From Minisyncoccia bacterium (GTDB lineage: Bacteria; Patescibacteriota; Minisyncoccia; UBA6257; 2-01-FULL-56-20): 64,000 bases of DNA. The position numbers were made by a program, and so were the translations under genes. The first letter of the stretch is position 1; each line of letters begins with the position of its first letter. The stretch is from positions 455,050-519,049 of the forward strand of contig JBEKML010000001.1 in the NCBI GenBank assembly GCA_050008535.1. The letters are read 5' to 3'. This document shows, one piece after another, positions 25,321 to 33,636 of this stretch. The notes below the pieces were generated by a model. It was not told the origin of the DNA. It did not search any database and was given only the letters and a program-made list of their open reading frames with translations.

Positions 25321-26625
25321 ATGCCTGAGGGCGCCAAGGCGCCCCTCAGATTCCTTTTTGTTTCGAACGAGAGTTTGAGCGGGGATGTGGCTTGGACACT
25401 CAAGAAGGAAGGGTGCGAGGTCAAGGTGTTTATCAAGGCAAAAAGCGATGCCGACGTCTACGACGGTTTTCTGGAGAAAGTTCCCGATTGGGAAAGCTGG
25501 GTCGACTGGGCCGACGTTATTGTTTTTGATCACGTCGGATACGGGGACACCGCCGACCGTCTGCGCCGGAAAGGGAAGAAGGTGGTCGGCTGCTCGGCGT
25601 ACACCGATCGGCTGGAGGTTGACCGGGAATTTGGGCAGACGGAAATGAAAAAATATGGCATCAATGTGCTACCGAGCTGGAATTTCTCAAATTACGACGA
25701 AGCAATAGAGTTCATAAAAAATAACCCGTCGCGTTACGTTTTCAAGCCGAACGGCAACACTCCTTCGTCGGGGAAGGGTCTTTTGTTTCTGGGAGAGGAA
25801 GAAGACGGGAAAGATCTTCTTGAGATGCTTGGCCAAAACAAGGCGGTGTGGCAAAAAAAAGCGCCGGCGTTCCATCTTCAGCGGCTCGTCGTGGGAGTGG
25901 AAGTCGCCGTGGGGGCTTTCTTTAATGGCAAAGATTTTATTTTGCCCATCAACACCAATTTCGAGCACAAGCGCATTTTCCCCGGAGAAGTGGGGCCGTT
26001 CACGGGCGACATGGGCGCTCTTCTGTTTTGGAGCGAGCCGAACACTCTTTTCAAAGAGACGCTTGAGAAGATACTTCCGGCGCTCCAGCAATCAGGATAT
26101 GCAGGATATATTGATATTAATTGTATTGTAAACGGCCGGGGCATCTATCCGCTTGAATTTACCGCGCGCTTTGGATATCCCACCATTTCCGTCCAGCTGG
26201 AGGGCATTTCCACGCCGGCTGCGGAATGGTTGTTAAAATTAGCCAACGGCGAAACATTCGAACTAAAGACAAAACGAGGCTTTCAGATCGGCGTGGAGAT
26301 ATTCGTGCCTACTTATTTCAGCAGAAGGGACAAGGAAACGGTGGAAATATACCGCGATTTGCCGATCTTTTTCAAAAAGCCGAACAATATTGACGGGATC
26401 CATATTCAGGACGTCAAAATGGAGGAGGGGATCTGGCGCATTGCCGGCGAGTCGGGATCGCTCCTTGTTGTTACGGGTTCCGGAAACACCGTGGAGGAAG
26501 CACAGCATCAGACCTATTCGCGGATCCAAAACATCATGATCCAAAACATGTTCTACAGAAGCGACATCGGATCGCGATGGGCCATCGAACGGGATAGATT
26601 GCAAACGTGGGGCTACCTTTCATGA
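25321..26625 (+). CDS. PurD-like (GAR-synthetase-related) ATP-grasp ligase, divergent family
   Basis: DRLEVDREFG, YVFKP, FEHKRIFPG..GPFTGDMG, YPLEFTARFGYP, MFYRSDIG; alternative start 25267. Confidence 0.8.
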   Translation: MPEGAKAPLRFLFVSNESLSGDVAWTLKKEGCEVKVFIKAKSDADVYDGFLEKVPDWESWVDWADVIVFDHVGYGDTADRLRRKGKKVVGCSAYTDRLEVDREFGQTEMKKYGINVLPSWNFSNYDEAIEFIKNNPSRYVFKPNGNTPSSGKGLLFLGEEEDGKDLLEMLGQNKAVWQKKAPAFHLQRLVVGVEVAVGAFFNGKDFILPINTNFEHKRIFPGEVGPFTGDMGALLFWSEPNTLFKETLEKILPALQQSGYAGYIDINCIVNGRGIYPLEFTARFGYPTISVQLEGISTPAAEWLLKLANGETFELKTKRGFQIGVEIFVPTYFSRRDKETVEIYRDLPIFFKKPNNIDGIHIQDVKMEEGIWRIAGESGSLLVVTGSGNTVEEAQHQTYSRIQNIMIQNMFYRSDIGSRWAIERDRLQTWGYLS

Positions 26626-26629
26626 CGCA

Positions 26630-27787
26630 ATGAAATATGATTTCGCCGTGCTCGGGGCCGACGGCATACAGGGCCGCATCGTGGTGCGGGACCTGCTTGA
26701 ACAGGGTTACCATGTTTTCGCCGCCGATCTTTACAAAACGAAACTCGCTGCTTTACTTGAACGATATGACCGCAGGCGGTATACGTTCGCGCGCGTAGAC
26801 CTTCGGAACATAGACGCCGCCAAGAAGGTCATTCGAAGGTCCGGCGCGGATGTGGTGATCAATTGCGCCGACATGTACTGGAATTTGAATGTTTACAAAG
26901 CGTGCCTTGCTACCCGGAGGCATTGTGTTGATCTCGGTTCATGGATCGAATTGACCAGGCAACAGCTCGGTTTGGACCGGCGTTTCAAAGAGATCGGGAG
27001 AACCGCGATCACGGGATGCGGTTCGGTGCCGGGGATCGGCAACGTGATGTTGCGGTATGCCGCTAAAAAATTCGATACGGTGGAAAGCGTCGATGTCGGC
27101 TTTGCGTGGGATTCCAATCAGAAAAAATTCGTGGAACCGTTTTCCATGAAAAGTATTCTTGAGGAACTTACCTATAATCCGAAGTTCATTAAGAATGGCC
27201 GGTGGACCGAACGAAGGCCGCTTGAGGTGGTGCGCGAGCGCAACTATCGGCTTGTGGGGCGGCAAAAAGCGTTTTTGATACAACATCCGGAAATCTATAC
27301 TTTTTATCGTAACTACAAGGCAAAGGGGCTCAAAAACGTAAGATTTTTCGGGGGCTTTCCGGAACATTCTTTAGAGAAGATCCGCGCCTTGATCGACCTC
27401 AATTTTCACCGCGACAAACCGGTGAAGCTTGAAGGGATCAGGGTTGCTCCTTTTGACATGCTGGCGCCGGTCCTGAAAACGTTGCCGTTTCCGGATGGCT
27501 ATACCGAAAAAGAAAATTTATTTGTGGAGATCACGGGCCGGAAAAACGGTAAAAGAAAAAAAATATTAATGGAATGCCTCGTGCCCGTGGTCAAGGGATG
27601 GGAAAACGCCGGTTGCAACATAGACACCGGTTTCCCGGCGGTCATCATGGCAAAAATGATCAAGGAAGGTGTTATAAAAGAACCTGGAAGCTTCTCGCCC
27701 GAAGCCGTCGTGCCCGAAGAGCCGTTCTTCCGGGCGCTTGCGAAGAAAAAATTGGAGGTATACGAGAACGGGAAGAGGATAAACTGA
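26630..27787 (+). CDS. Saccharopine dehydrogenase-like NAD(P) oxidoreductase
   Basis: AVLGADGIQG Rossmann motif, DVVINC, HCVDLG, GCGSVPGI, HPE. Confidence 0.85.
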   Translation: MKYDFAVLGADGIQGRIVVRDLLEQGYHVFAADLYKTKLAALLERYDRRRYTFARVDLRNIDAAKKVIRRSGADVVINCADMYWNLNVYKACLATRRHCVDLGSWIELTRQQLGLDRRFKEIGRTAITGCGSVPGIGNVMLRYAAKKFDTVESVDVGFAWDSNQKKFVEPFSMKSILEELTYNPKFIKNGRWTERRPLEVVRERNYRLVGRQKAFLIQHPEIYTFYRNYKAKGLKNVRFFGGFPEHSLEKIRALIDLNFHRDKPVKLEGIRVAPFDMLAPVLKTLPFPDGYTEKENLFVEITGRKNGKRKKILMECLVPVVKGWENAGCNIDTGFPAVIMAKMIKEGVIKEPGSFSPEAVVPEEPFFRALAKKKLEVYENGKRIN

Positions 27788-27798
27788 AAAACTCCACC

Positions 27799-28218
27799 TC
27801 AGAGAACGGGGCCGTCGTTATAGGTTGCGTAGTCCGAAGTAAGTTCTTCTCCGGCTTTTATTTCACGAAGAGAGGTGAAGCGCCCCCCAACAGAATCAAC
27901 TTTTATATTGGGAGTTGTGGAATAGTTTATGAAAGAACTGATAGTGATATTGTTGAGACCGTCTTTCGGGACAAGATAACAATTTTCCCGGTAGACACAT
28001 ATGTCGTCTACATATTTTTTCACGGATTCGGGGATGGCTGGATCGTTCATGATCTCGGCCTCCGGGATTTCGGTGAATTCGATGTTGTCTCCCGGAAACG
28101 GGTCAATGCCGGGGGGGATGTCGCGGATGGCGAAGAGGCCCACGCCGCCGAGCGGCGAAGGTTGCGGGCGCACATAGACACCGTTCTTTAAGTTGGCGAT
28201 CAACAGCGATTTATCCAT
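27799..28218 (-). CDS. SET-domain protein (lysine methyltransferase fold)
   Basis: GVGLFAIRDIPPG, FINYSTTPN, EIKAGEELTSDY. Confidence 0.9.
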   Translation of the reverse strand: MDKSLLIANLKNGVYVRPQPSPLGGVGLFAIRDIPPGIDPFPGDNIEFTEIPEAEIMNDPAIPESVKKYVDDICVYRENCYLVPKDGLNNITISSFINYSTTPNIKVDSVGGRFTSLREIKAGEELTSDYATYNDGPVL

Positions 28219-28284
28219 GCAATAATATTACTATTATAAGTTGTCTAAACCAAGACGAGATGGTATTATCGAAAAAACAATAAT

Positions 28285-29322
28285 ATGAGAAAGAATCCGT
28301 TTGAAGATGAACAGAGGCAGCGGTGCGACCGATCGTATGCGGAGGTGCAGAAATTATTAGAGGTTCTTAATCGTTATAAAGCGACCGAGCTCGCGCCGGG
28401 AATTGTTGTGGAGCGCGTTGAATGTCATGATGATGAAGCGGCAAAGAGAGCCGGGCGGGAGATTCATGAATTTTACGGTAAATTCTTTACGCCAGAGGAA
28501 CAAACAGATTCGATGGCATATGAAATAGGGATAAAATATGGATTGACTGACAACTATGCGGCTAGGAATGCCGAGGGGAAACTGATAACCCTTTTGCAGA
28601 CCGCAAGCATCGAGATTCCTGGTGGGGAACCCGGTACTTCAGAGATTGCGTTGGTTGTCTGGTATGTTGCGACGGATCCGGAGTATAAGGGTCAGTCGCT
28701 AATGCCGGATCTTATTGAAATGGCCCTCAGGGGGTCGCTTGAGAAAGCAAAAACAGGTGGCAAGGAGATGGGTTCCTTTATCGGAGAAGCGGAACCGGAG
28801 GTGGAAAAACTTTTTAATCGCTTCGGCCTCAAGCGATTCTATTACGAAAAGAGCGACGGCGCCCTACAGGAGGTTCCCTACGAGTTTCCTCCCGAAGATG
28901 ATTCGGAAGTGGGGGCTCCCGCACATCTTATGATGCGTTTTTTCGATGGAACCGAAAAATTGCCGCTTGATAGGTTAGGGGGGATGGTGGATGCGCTTCA
29001 CGCTGAATATACCCACAGCCAGTATTTTACGCCGGACTACCTGAAATTTGTTCAAGAATGGTACAACCAACGCGTGGCGCCAGACGAGCAGGATCACACG
29101 GTTATCAATAAGCTGACTGCGGGTCTTTATCATCGTCAATACAATAAAATCGTGGAGAATATGAGAAAGCTCTTCAATGACCGCATGAGAGGCGTGCGGG
29201 AAGTGTTTAGTCTTTCGGGGCAGGAACGCTCCACGTTGCTTAAGCAGGGGAAGACGATTCTTGATTGGGGGAACGTAATGAATCCGAAGCGGAGAGAGGA
29301 GGCGGAGGGGACAAACGAGTAG
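28285..29322 (+). CDS. Putative GNAT-fold acetyltransferase
   Basis: WYVATDPEYKGQSL (motif A-like), EKLFNRFG, VPYEFPP. Confidence 0.6.
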   Translation: MRKNPFEDEQRQRCDRSYAEVQKLLEVLNRYKATELAPGIVVERVECHDDEAAKRAGREIHEFYGKFFTPEEQTDSMAYEIGIKYGLTDNYAARNAEGKLITLLQTASIEIPGGEPGTSEIALVVWYVATDPEYKGQSLMPDLIEMALRGSLEKAKTGGKEMGSFIGEAEPEVEKLFNRFGLKRFYYEKSDGALQEVPYEFPPEDDSEVGAPAHLMMRFFDGTEKLPLDRLGGMVDALHAEYTHSQYFTPDYLKFVQEWYNQRVAPDEQDHTVINKLTAGLYHRQYNKIVENMRKLFNDRMRGVREVFSLSGQERSTLLKQGKTILDWGNVMNPKRREEAEGTNE

Positions 29323-29352
29323 CGGCCGCGTCAGAGAGAGGCGGCCGCACGG

Positions 29353-29799
29353 TTAACGTAGATTGAAGAGTATCACCCCGGCCAGCACAAGGCCGACGGC
29401 TACCCATTGTTTGGGTGTGGCGGGGATCGCTTCGGGAATCCATCCCGGTTTCACTCGCATGATGATTTCGCTATATGCGAGCGTGGCGATCCAGTAAAGA
29501 GCGATGACGAGCGTGATCGTAGTCATCTTTCCCGGTTCCTTCCGGAGAGCGACGAGCATCAGGTAAAATCCGCTCGCTTCGGCAACGCCCATGAGCGTTG
29601 CGTACGTTGCAGAGGCGAGCGTCACCTTCTGGAAATCGCTTCGGGCAGCGATGAGAATGGTGGCGATTGGGATGATCCATACCGCCGATTCGAACAGCAT
29701 CGTCACGTTCTCTCCGTGGGCCACATTCGCCTTGGTGGCGAAGATGTTGTAGGTTCCGAAAAGGAGAGAAGCGAGAATGGCATAAGCAAGCCAACCCAT
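29353..29799 (-). CDS. EamA/DMT-type small membrane transporter
   Basis: MGWLAYAILASLLFG..IFATK, five hydrophobic segments, LVLAGVIL end; coupled to the SET gene. Confidence 0.7.
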   Translation of the reverse strand: MGWLAYAILASLLFGTYNIFATKANVAHGENVTMLFESAVWIIPIATILIAARSDFQKVTLASATYATLMGVAEASGFYLMLVALRKEPGKMTTITLVIALYWIATLAYSEIIMRVKPGWIPEAIPATPKQWVAVGLVLAGVILFNLR

Positions 29800-29802
29800 C
29801 TC

Positions 29803-30243
29803 TTAGCCCTCCTCCAGGCCGGTTTCGTCGTTGTAGGTTTCGTAGTCGACGGTGAGCTCTTCGCCAGCTTCGATTGGACGAAGCGTGTAGAAGTAGTCCT
29901 CCGGGTCGGCTCCGACGTTCGGGGTCTTGGAGTGGTTGATGTAGAAGACCGGTGGCAGGACGTTCATCCCGCGCCGGGGGACGAACAGGTATCCTCCCCG
30001 GCTGATACACATGTCTTCTACGTATTTCTTCACCGTGTCGGGGATCTCCGGGTCGTCCAGGATCTTCGCTGCCGACACTTTGGCGAACGACATGTTGTTC
30101 GCGCGTTCATTGAACGGGTCAATGCCGGCGGGAATGTCACGGATGGCGAAGACGCCGATGCCGTGAGTTGGAGAGCATTGCAGGCGGACGAAGACGCCTT
30201 GCCTGAGGTGCTCAAGGATCTCTTTGGTATTTTTTAATCTCAA
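29803..30243 (-). CDS. SET-domain protein (second paralogue)
   Basis: HGIGVFAIRDIPAG, YINHSKTPN, IEAGEELTVDY; TTG start 6 nt after GGGAGG. Confidence 0.9.
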   Translation of the reverse strand: MRLKNTKEILEHLRQGVFVRLQCSPTHGIGVFAIRDIPAGIDPFNERANNMSFAKVSAAKILDDPEIPDTVKKYVEDMCISRGGYLFVPRRGMNVLPPVFYINHSKTPNVGADPEDYFYTLRPIEAGEELTVDYETYNDETGLEEG

Positions 30244-30354
30244 TTGCAGCCTCCCTGCTGTTAGAAAATATAGCATAATTTACGTTGCTTGTCAAATTTT
30301 TGGGCATACTGTCAAGCGGTTCAAAAATAATTGTAAGTCTGGTACAATGCTTCG

Positions 30355-30672
30355 GTGACCATTGATGAATTTGCGCAGGTTGATCTGCGCGTGGGGAAGA
30401 TCGTTTCCGCCGAGCGGGTGGAGGGTTCCGAAAAGCTGTTGAAGTTGCAGGTTGATCTTGGCGAACAGCGCCAGATCGTTGCCGGCATCGGGAAACGGTA
30501 TGCGCCGGAAGACCTGATAGAAAAAGAGATAATCCTTGTTGCGAACCTTGAGCCGCGTAAGCTTATGGGGTTCGAAAGCCAAGGAATGCTCCTTGCGGCG
30601 CATGGCGAAGACGGCGAGCCGTTTCTTCTTGTGCCGGACGGGGTCGTTCCGCCCGGCTCAAAAATATCGTAA
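30355..30672 (+). CDS. Stand-alone tRNA-binding OB-fold protein (MetRS beta/CsaA/Trbp111-like)
   Basis: DLRVGKI, KLLKLQVDLG, RQIVAGI, NLEPRKLMGFESQGMLL. Confidence 0.9.
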   Translation: MTIDEFAQVDLRVGKIVSAERVEGSEKLLKLQVDLGEQRQIVAGIGKRYAPEDLIEKEIILVANLEPRKLMGFESQGMLLAAHGEDGEPFLLVPDGVVPPGSKIS

Positions 30673-30682
30673 AATAAAAAAT

Positions 30683-31180
30683 ATGAAAAAAGTTATTTCT
30701 ATCATTGCATTTGTGGTGCTTGCGGCCGGGGTCATTGCGGCGGCGACATGGTACAATAAAAAATCGGACGAGGCGATGCAGAAAGCACAAGTGGAAGCAG
30801 GAAATGCGGCACAACAAGCGCAATCACAAATTATGGAAAATCTGAAGATAAAAGATGTCGTGGTGGGCACCGGCGCCGAAGCGAAAAACGGCGATTCGGT
30901 AACGGTCAATTACGTGGGTACGCTTGATGACGGCACGAAGTTCGACAGTTCATATGATCGCAAGCAACCGTTCACTTTCACGCTTGGCGCCGGACAAGTG
31001 ATTCAGGGATGGGACCTTGGTGTGGCCGGGATGAAGGTGGGCGGGAAGCGGGACCTTACGATCCCGCCGGAACTTGGTTACGGCGCAAACGGCTATCCGC
31101 CGATCATTCCTGCGAATGCCACGCTTCATTTTACGGTTGAACTTTTGTCGATTGCGGCAAGTTCGGGGACGGTGCGGTAA
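30683..31180 (+). CDS. FKBP-type peptidyl-prolyl isomerase with N-terminal TM
   Basis: VNYVGTL.DGTKFDSS, VIQGWD.GV.GMKVGGKR, IPANATL.F.VEL. Confidence 0.95.
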   Translation: MKKVISIIAFVVLAAGVIAAATWYNKKSDEAMQKAQVEAGNAAQQAQSQIMENLKIKDVVVGTGAEAKNGDSVTVNYVGTLDDGTKFDSSYDRKQPFTFTLGAGQVIQGWDLGVAGMKVGGKRDLTIPPELGYGANGYPPIIPANATLHFTVELLSIAASSGTVR

Positions 31181-31257
31181 TAATTGTCAAGCTTTTTGGG
31201 CTGGTTTCATTTTAGAATTTTTTAATGATTGATTTGTCATAATTATGGAAAACAACC

Positions 31258-31929
31258 ATGCGCGTATTGCTTTTGGAAGACGAAAAAGACGTCGCAAGCT
31301 ACATCGTGAACAGCTTAAAAGCCGAGCGGTTTGCGGTTGATTGCGCGGAAACCGGCGAAAAAGGTCTTATGTGGGCCAAAGTGAATCCGTATGACGTGGG
31401 CATTTTTGATATCAAGCTTGCCGGCGAGCAGAACGGGCTTCAGGTATGCAAGACCTTGCGTGAGTGCGGAAAGACGTTCCCGATCATTATCCTTTCCGTA
31501 ATGGGCGACGTTCCCACAAAAATCGAGGCGCTTAACCTTGGCGCGGACGATTACCTGGCAAAACCGTTCTCGTTCGCGGAACTTTTGGCAAGGATCAATG
31601 CGCTCCTGCGGCGCGAGAAAAAGATCACGGGGCCGATCCTTGCGGTAGGCGATCTTCAGATAGATACGCACACGCGTACCGTGACGCGCGCAGGGAAACG
31701 CGTTGAACTCAATCGCAAGGAATTCGCGCTCCTTGAATACTTGATGAGAAATCCCGGGACAACTTTGACGCGCGCGATGATTCTGGAGCACGTGTGGGAT
31801 ATGAATGCCGATCCCTTTACGAATACCGTTGACGTGCACATCCGGTTCCTCCGCGAAAAGATAGACGAAGGCCGCAAGAAAAAGCTATTGAAAACCGTGC
31901 ACGGGTTTGGGTATCGCATAGAGGAATAA
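31258..31929 (+). CDS. OmpR/PhoB-family response regulator
   Basis: LLEDE, FDIKL, GADDYLAKPF, winged helix NTVDVHI..LREKI, TVHGFGY. Confidence 0.95.
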   Translation: MRVLLLEDEKDVASYIVNSLKAERFAVDCAETGEKGLMWAKVNPYDVGIFDIKLAGEQNGLQVCKTLRECGKTFPIIILSVMGDVPTKIEALNLGADDYLAKPFSFAELLARINALLRREKKITGPILAVGDLQIDTHTRTVTRAGKRVELNRKEFALLEYLMRNPGTTLTRAMILEHVWDMNADPFTNTVDVHIRFLREKIDEGRKKKLLKTVHGFGYRIEE

Positions 31930-31985
31930 CCGCGCGGCGCGTGGCGTGGTGCTTCGCATGGCCGGCCGCGTTATAATGAGAATCA

Positions 31986-32624
31986 ATGATTGCAAGAAAG
32001 GATTTGCCGCGCCTGCGGCGTCGCGCCGCACGGATTTTCAAAGTTTTGGAAAAGATTTTCCCGAACGCGGCGATCGCGCTCAAATATCATAATAATTGGG
32101 AGTTGCTTGTCGCCGTGCAGCTTTCCGCGCAGTGTACGGATAAAAAAGTGAATGAGGTGACGCCGGCGCTTTTTAAGAAATATCGGAGGCTTGAGGATTA
32201 CCTCCGTGCAAAGCCGCGCGAGTTCGAAAAAGACATTCATGCCTGCGGTTTTTATCGCGCAAAGACGCGGAATATTTTGGCGGCGGCGAAGGCGGTCAAA
32301 CAAAAATTTCACGGCAGGCTCCCGCGGACAATGGCGGAAATGGTCACAATCCCGGGCGTGGGCAGGAAATCCGCGAACGTCATTTTAGGGAATGCCTATG
32401 GCGTGGTCGTGGGGATCGCCGTGGATACGCACGTAAAACGCCTCGCGCGCGTGCTCGGGCTTTCCCGCGAGAAAACGCCGGAGAAGATAGAACGCGATTT
32501 GATGGCCATTATTCCCAAGTCGCGCTGGTTCGAGGCGACGTATCTCTTAATAGAGTACGGCCGCAAATACTGCCCCGCGCGGCCGCACGACCACGCAAAG
32601 TGCCCGCTCACGAAGGTGCTATAA
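31986..32624 (+). CDS. nth: Endonuclease III
   Basis: LSAQCTD, IPGVGRKSANV (HhH), AVDTHV. Confidence 0.95.
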   Translation: MIARKDLPRLRRRAARIFKVLEKIFPNAAIALKYHNNWELLVAVQLSAQCTDKKVNEVTPALFKKYRRLEDYLRAKPREFEKDIHACGFYRAKTRNILAAAKAVKQKFHGRLPRTMAEMVTIPGVGRKSANVILGNAYGVVVGIAVDTHVKRLARVLGLSREKTPEKIERDLMAIIPKSRWFEATYLLIEYGRKYCPARPHDHAKCPLTKVL

Positions 32625-32631
32625 TATTCGC

Positions 32632-33051
32632 ATGGAAAAAACAAACAGAGAAGAATCCTTGAAAGAACTCGAAAACAAGGTGCGGATGTATCTTGAAGAG
32701 CGCGGGTGGGATAATCTTCGGCCGGTGGATGTGGCGAAATCCATCATGATAGAGGGCGGGGAACTCCTCGAACTTTTCCAATGGGAAAATCTTTCCTTGG
32801 AGGAAGTGAGGAATAATCCGGAAAAAGTTGCGGAAATAGCAAAGGAGTTGGCCGACGTTTTGATCTACGCGATAGAAATGGCGGTGCTTTTGCGCCTTGA
32901 CGCCCAAACAATCATCAATCAAAAGCTTGAACATATCATCAAAAAATATCCGGCGGAACTGATGCGGAAGAATGCCGTGAAGCCCGACTCCGCGGGGATT
33001 TCGGAGTATTGGCGCATCAAAAAGGAGCACAGGCAAAGGAAAGATTCGTAA
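32632..33051 (+). CDS. MazG-like nucleotide pyrophosphohydrolase
   Basis: ERGW, IEGGELLELFQW, ELADVLIY, KKYP. Confidence 0.88.
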   Translation: MEKTNREESLKELENKVRMYLEERGWDNLRPVDVAKSIMIEGGELLELFQWENLSLEEVRNNPEKVAEIAKELADVLIYAIEMAVLLRLDAQTIINQKLEHIIKKYPAELMRKNAVKPDSAGISEYWRIKKEHRQRKDS

Positions 33052-33132
33052 CGGCAGAATACTTATCCACAGTGGCTTTCCGGCGGGATTTGCTACAATC
33101 ATTCATGTAGTTAACGTTAAGTTAACGGAACA

Positions 33133-33168
33133 AAAGCCGTTTCTCGTGTGAGGCGAGAAGCGGTTTTT
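33133..33168 (+). terminator. Intrinsic terminator
   Basis: AAAAGCCGTTTCTCG...CGAGAAGCGGTTTTT plus T tract. Confidence 0.65.
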
Positions 33169-33232
33169 GCTTTTTTTATGCTTTTGTGATATTATTTCCT
33201 CGGTATTGAATCTATCCTAGGGGGTGGTCTGT

Positions 33233-33544
33233 ATGATCATCGTGGCAAGGTGGTGCGTACAGTACGCGGCGTATTCCTTGCTGACGCTTATCTGGGGAGC
33301 CTGGGGGCTCTTTCAGTTGAGCAAGATAGCCGCGATGTTGGCGGCGATAGGGGTGCCGGTTGACCCCGCCGCCGTCTTCCGTGATGGATTCGTCGCTTAC
33401 GTTGCCCTTCCGGCTACGCCGATCATCGTCGGGGTTCTGGCTTTCAGGCGGTGGTTGAAGAGGCGGCGCGAACGGCGGCAGCAATGGCCCGATGGGCAGC
33501 AAAAGAACAGAACGCCCGGACTGTTTCGGGTGTTTGAAAGGTAG
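33233..33544 (+). CDS. Small orphan membrane protein
   Basis: Two hydrophobic segments and basic tail; G-rich SD-like leader; hairpin ATGCCGTCGGG...CCCGACGGCAT downstream. Confidence 0.55.
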   Translation: MIIVARWCVQYAAYSLLTLIWGAWGLFQLSKIAAMLAAIGVPVDPAAVFRDGFVAYVALPATPIIVGVLAFRRWLKRRRERRQQWPDGQQKNRTPGLFRVFER

Positions 33545-33636
33545 GTTGGGCTGTACAATATGCCGTCGGGGAGCGTGCTTCCCGACGGCATCATCATTTT
33601 TTGACTTTTGTGGCCGTGAAATTTAGACTTTTGACA

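Noticed and set aside
25321-26625. Calling the ATP-grasp gene purD
   Set aside because: Lacks the canonical N-terminal GSGGREHA motif and has no pur gene context
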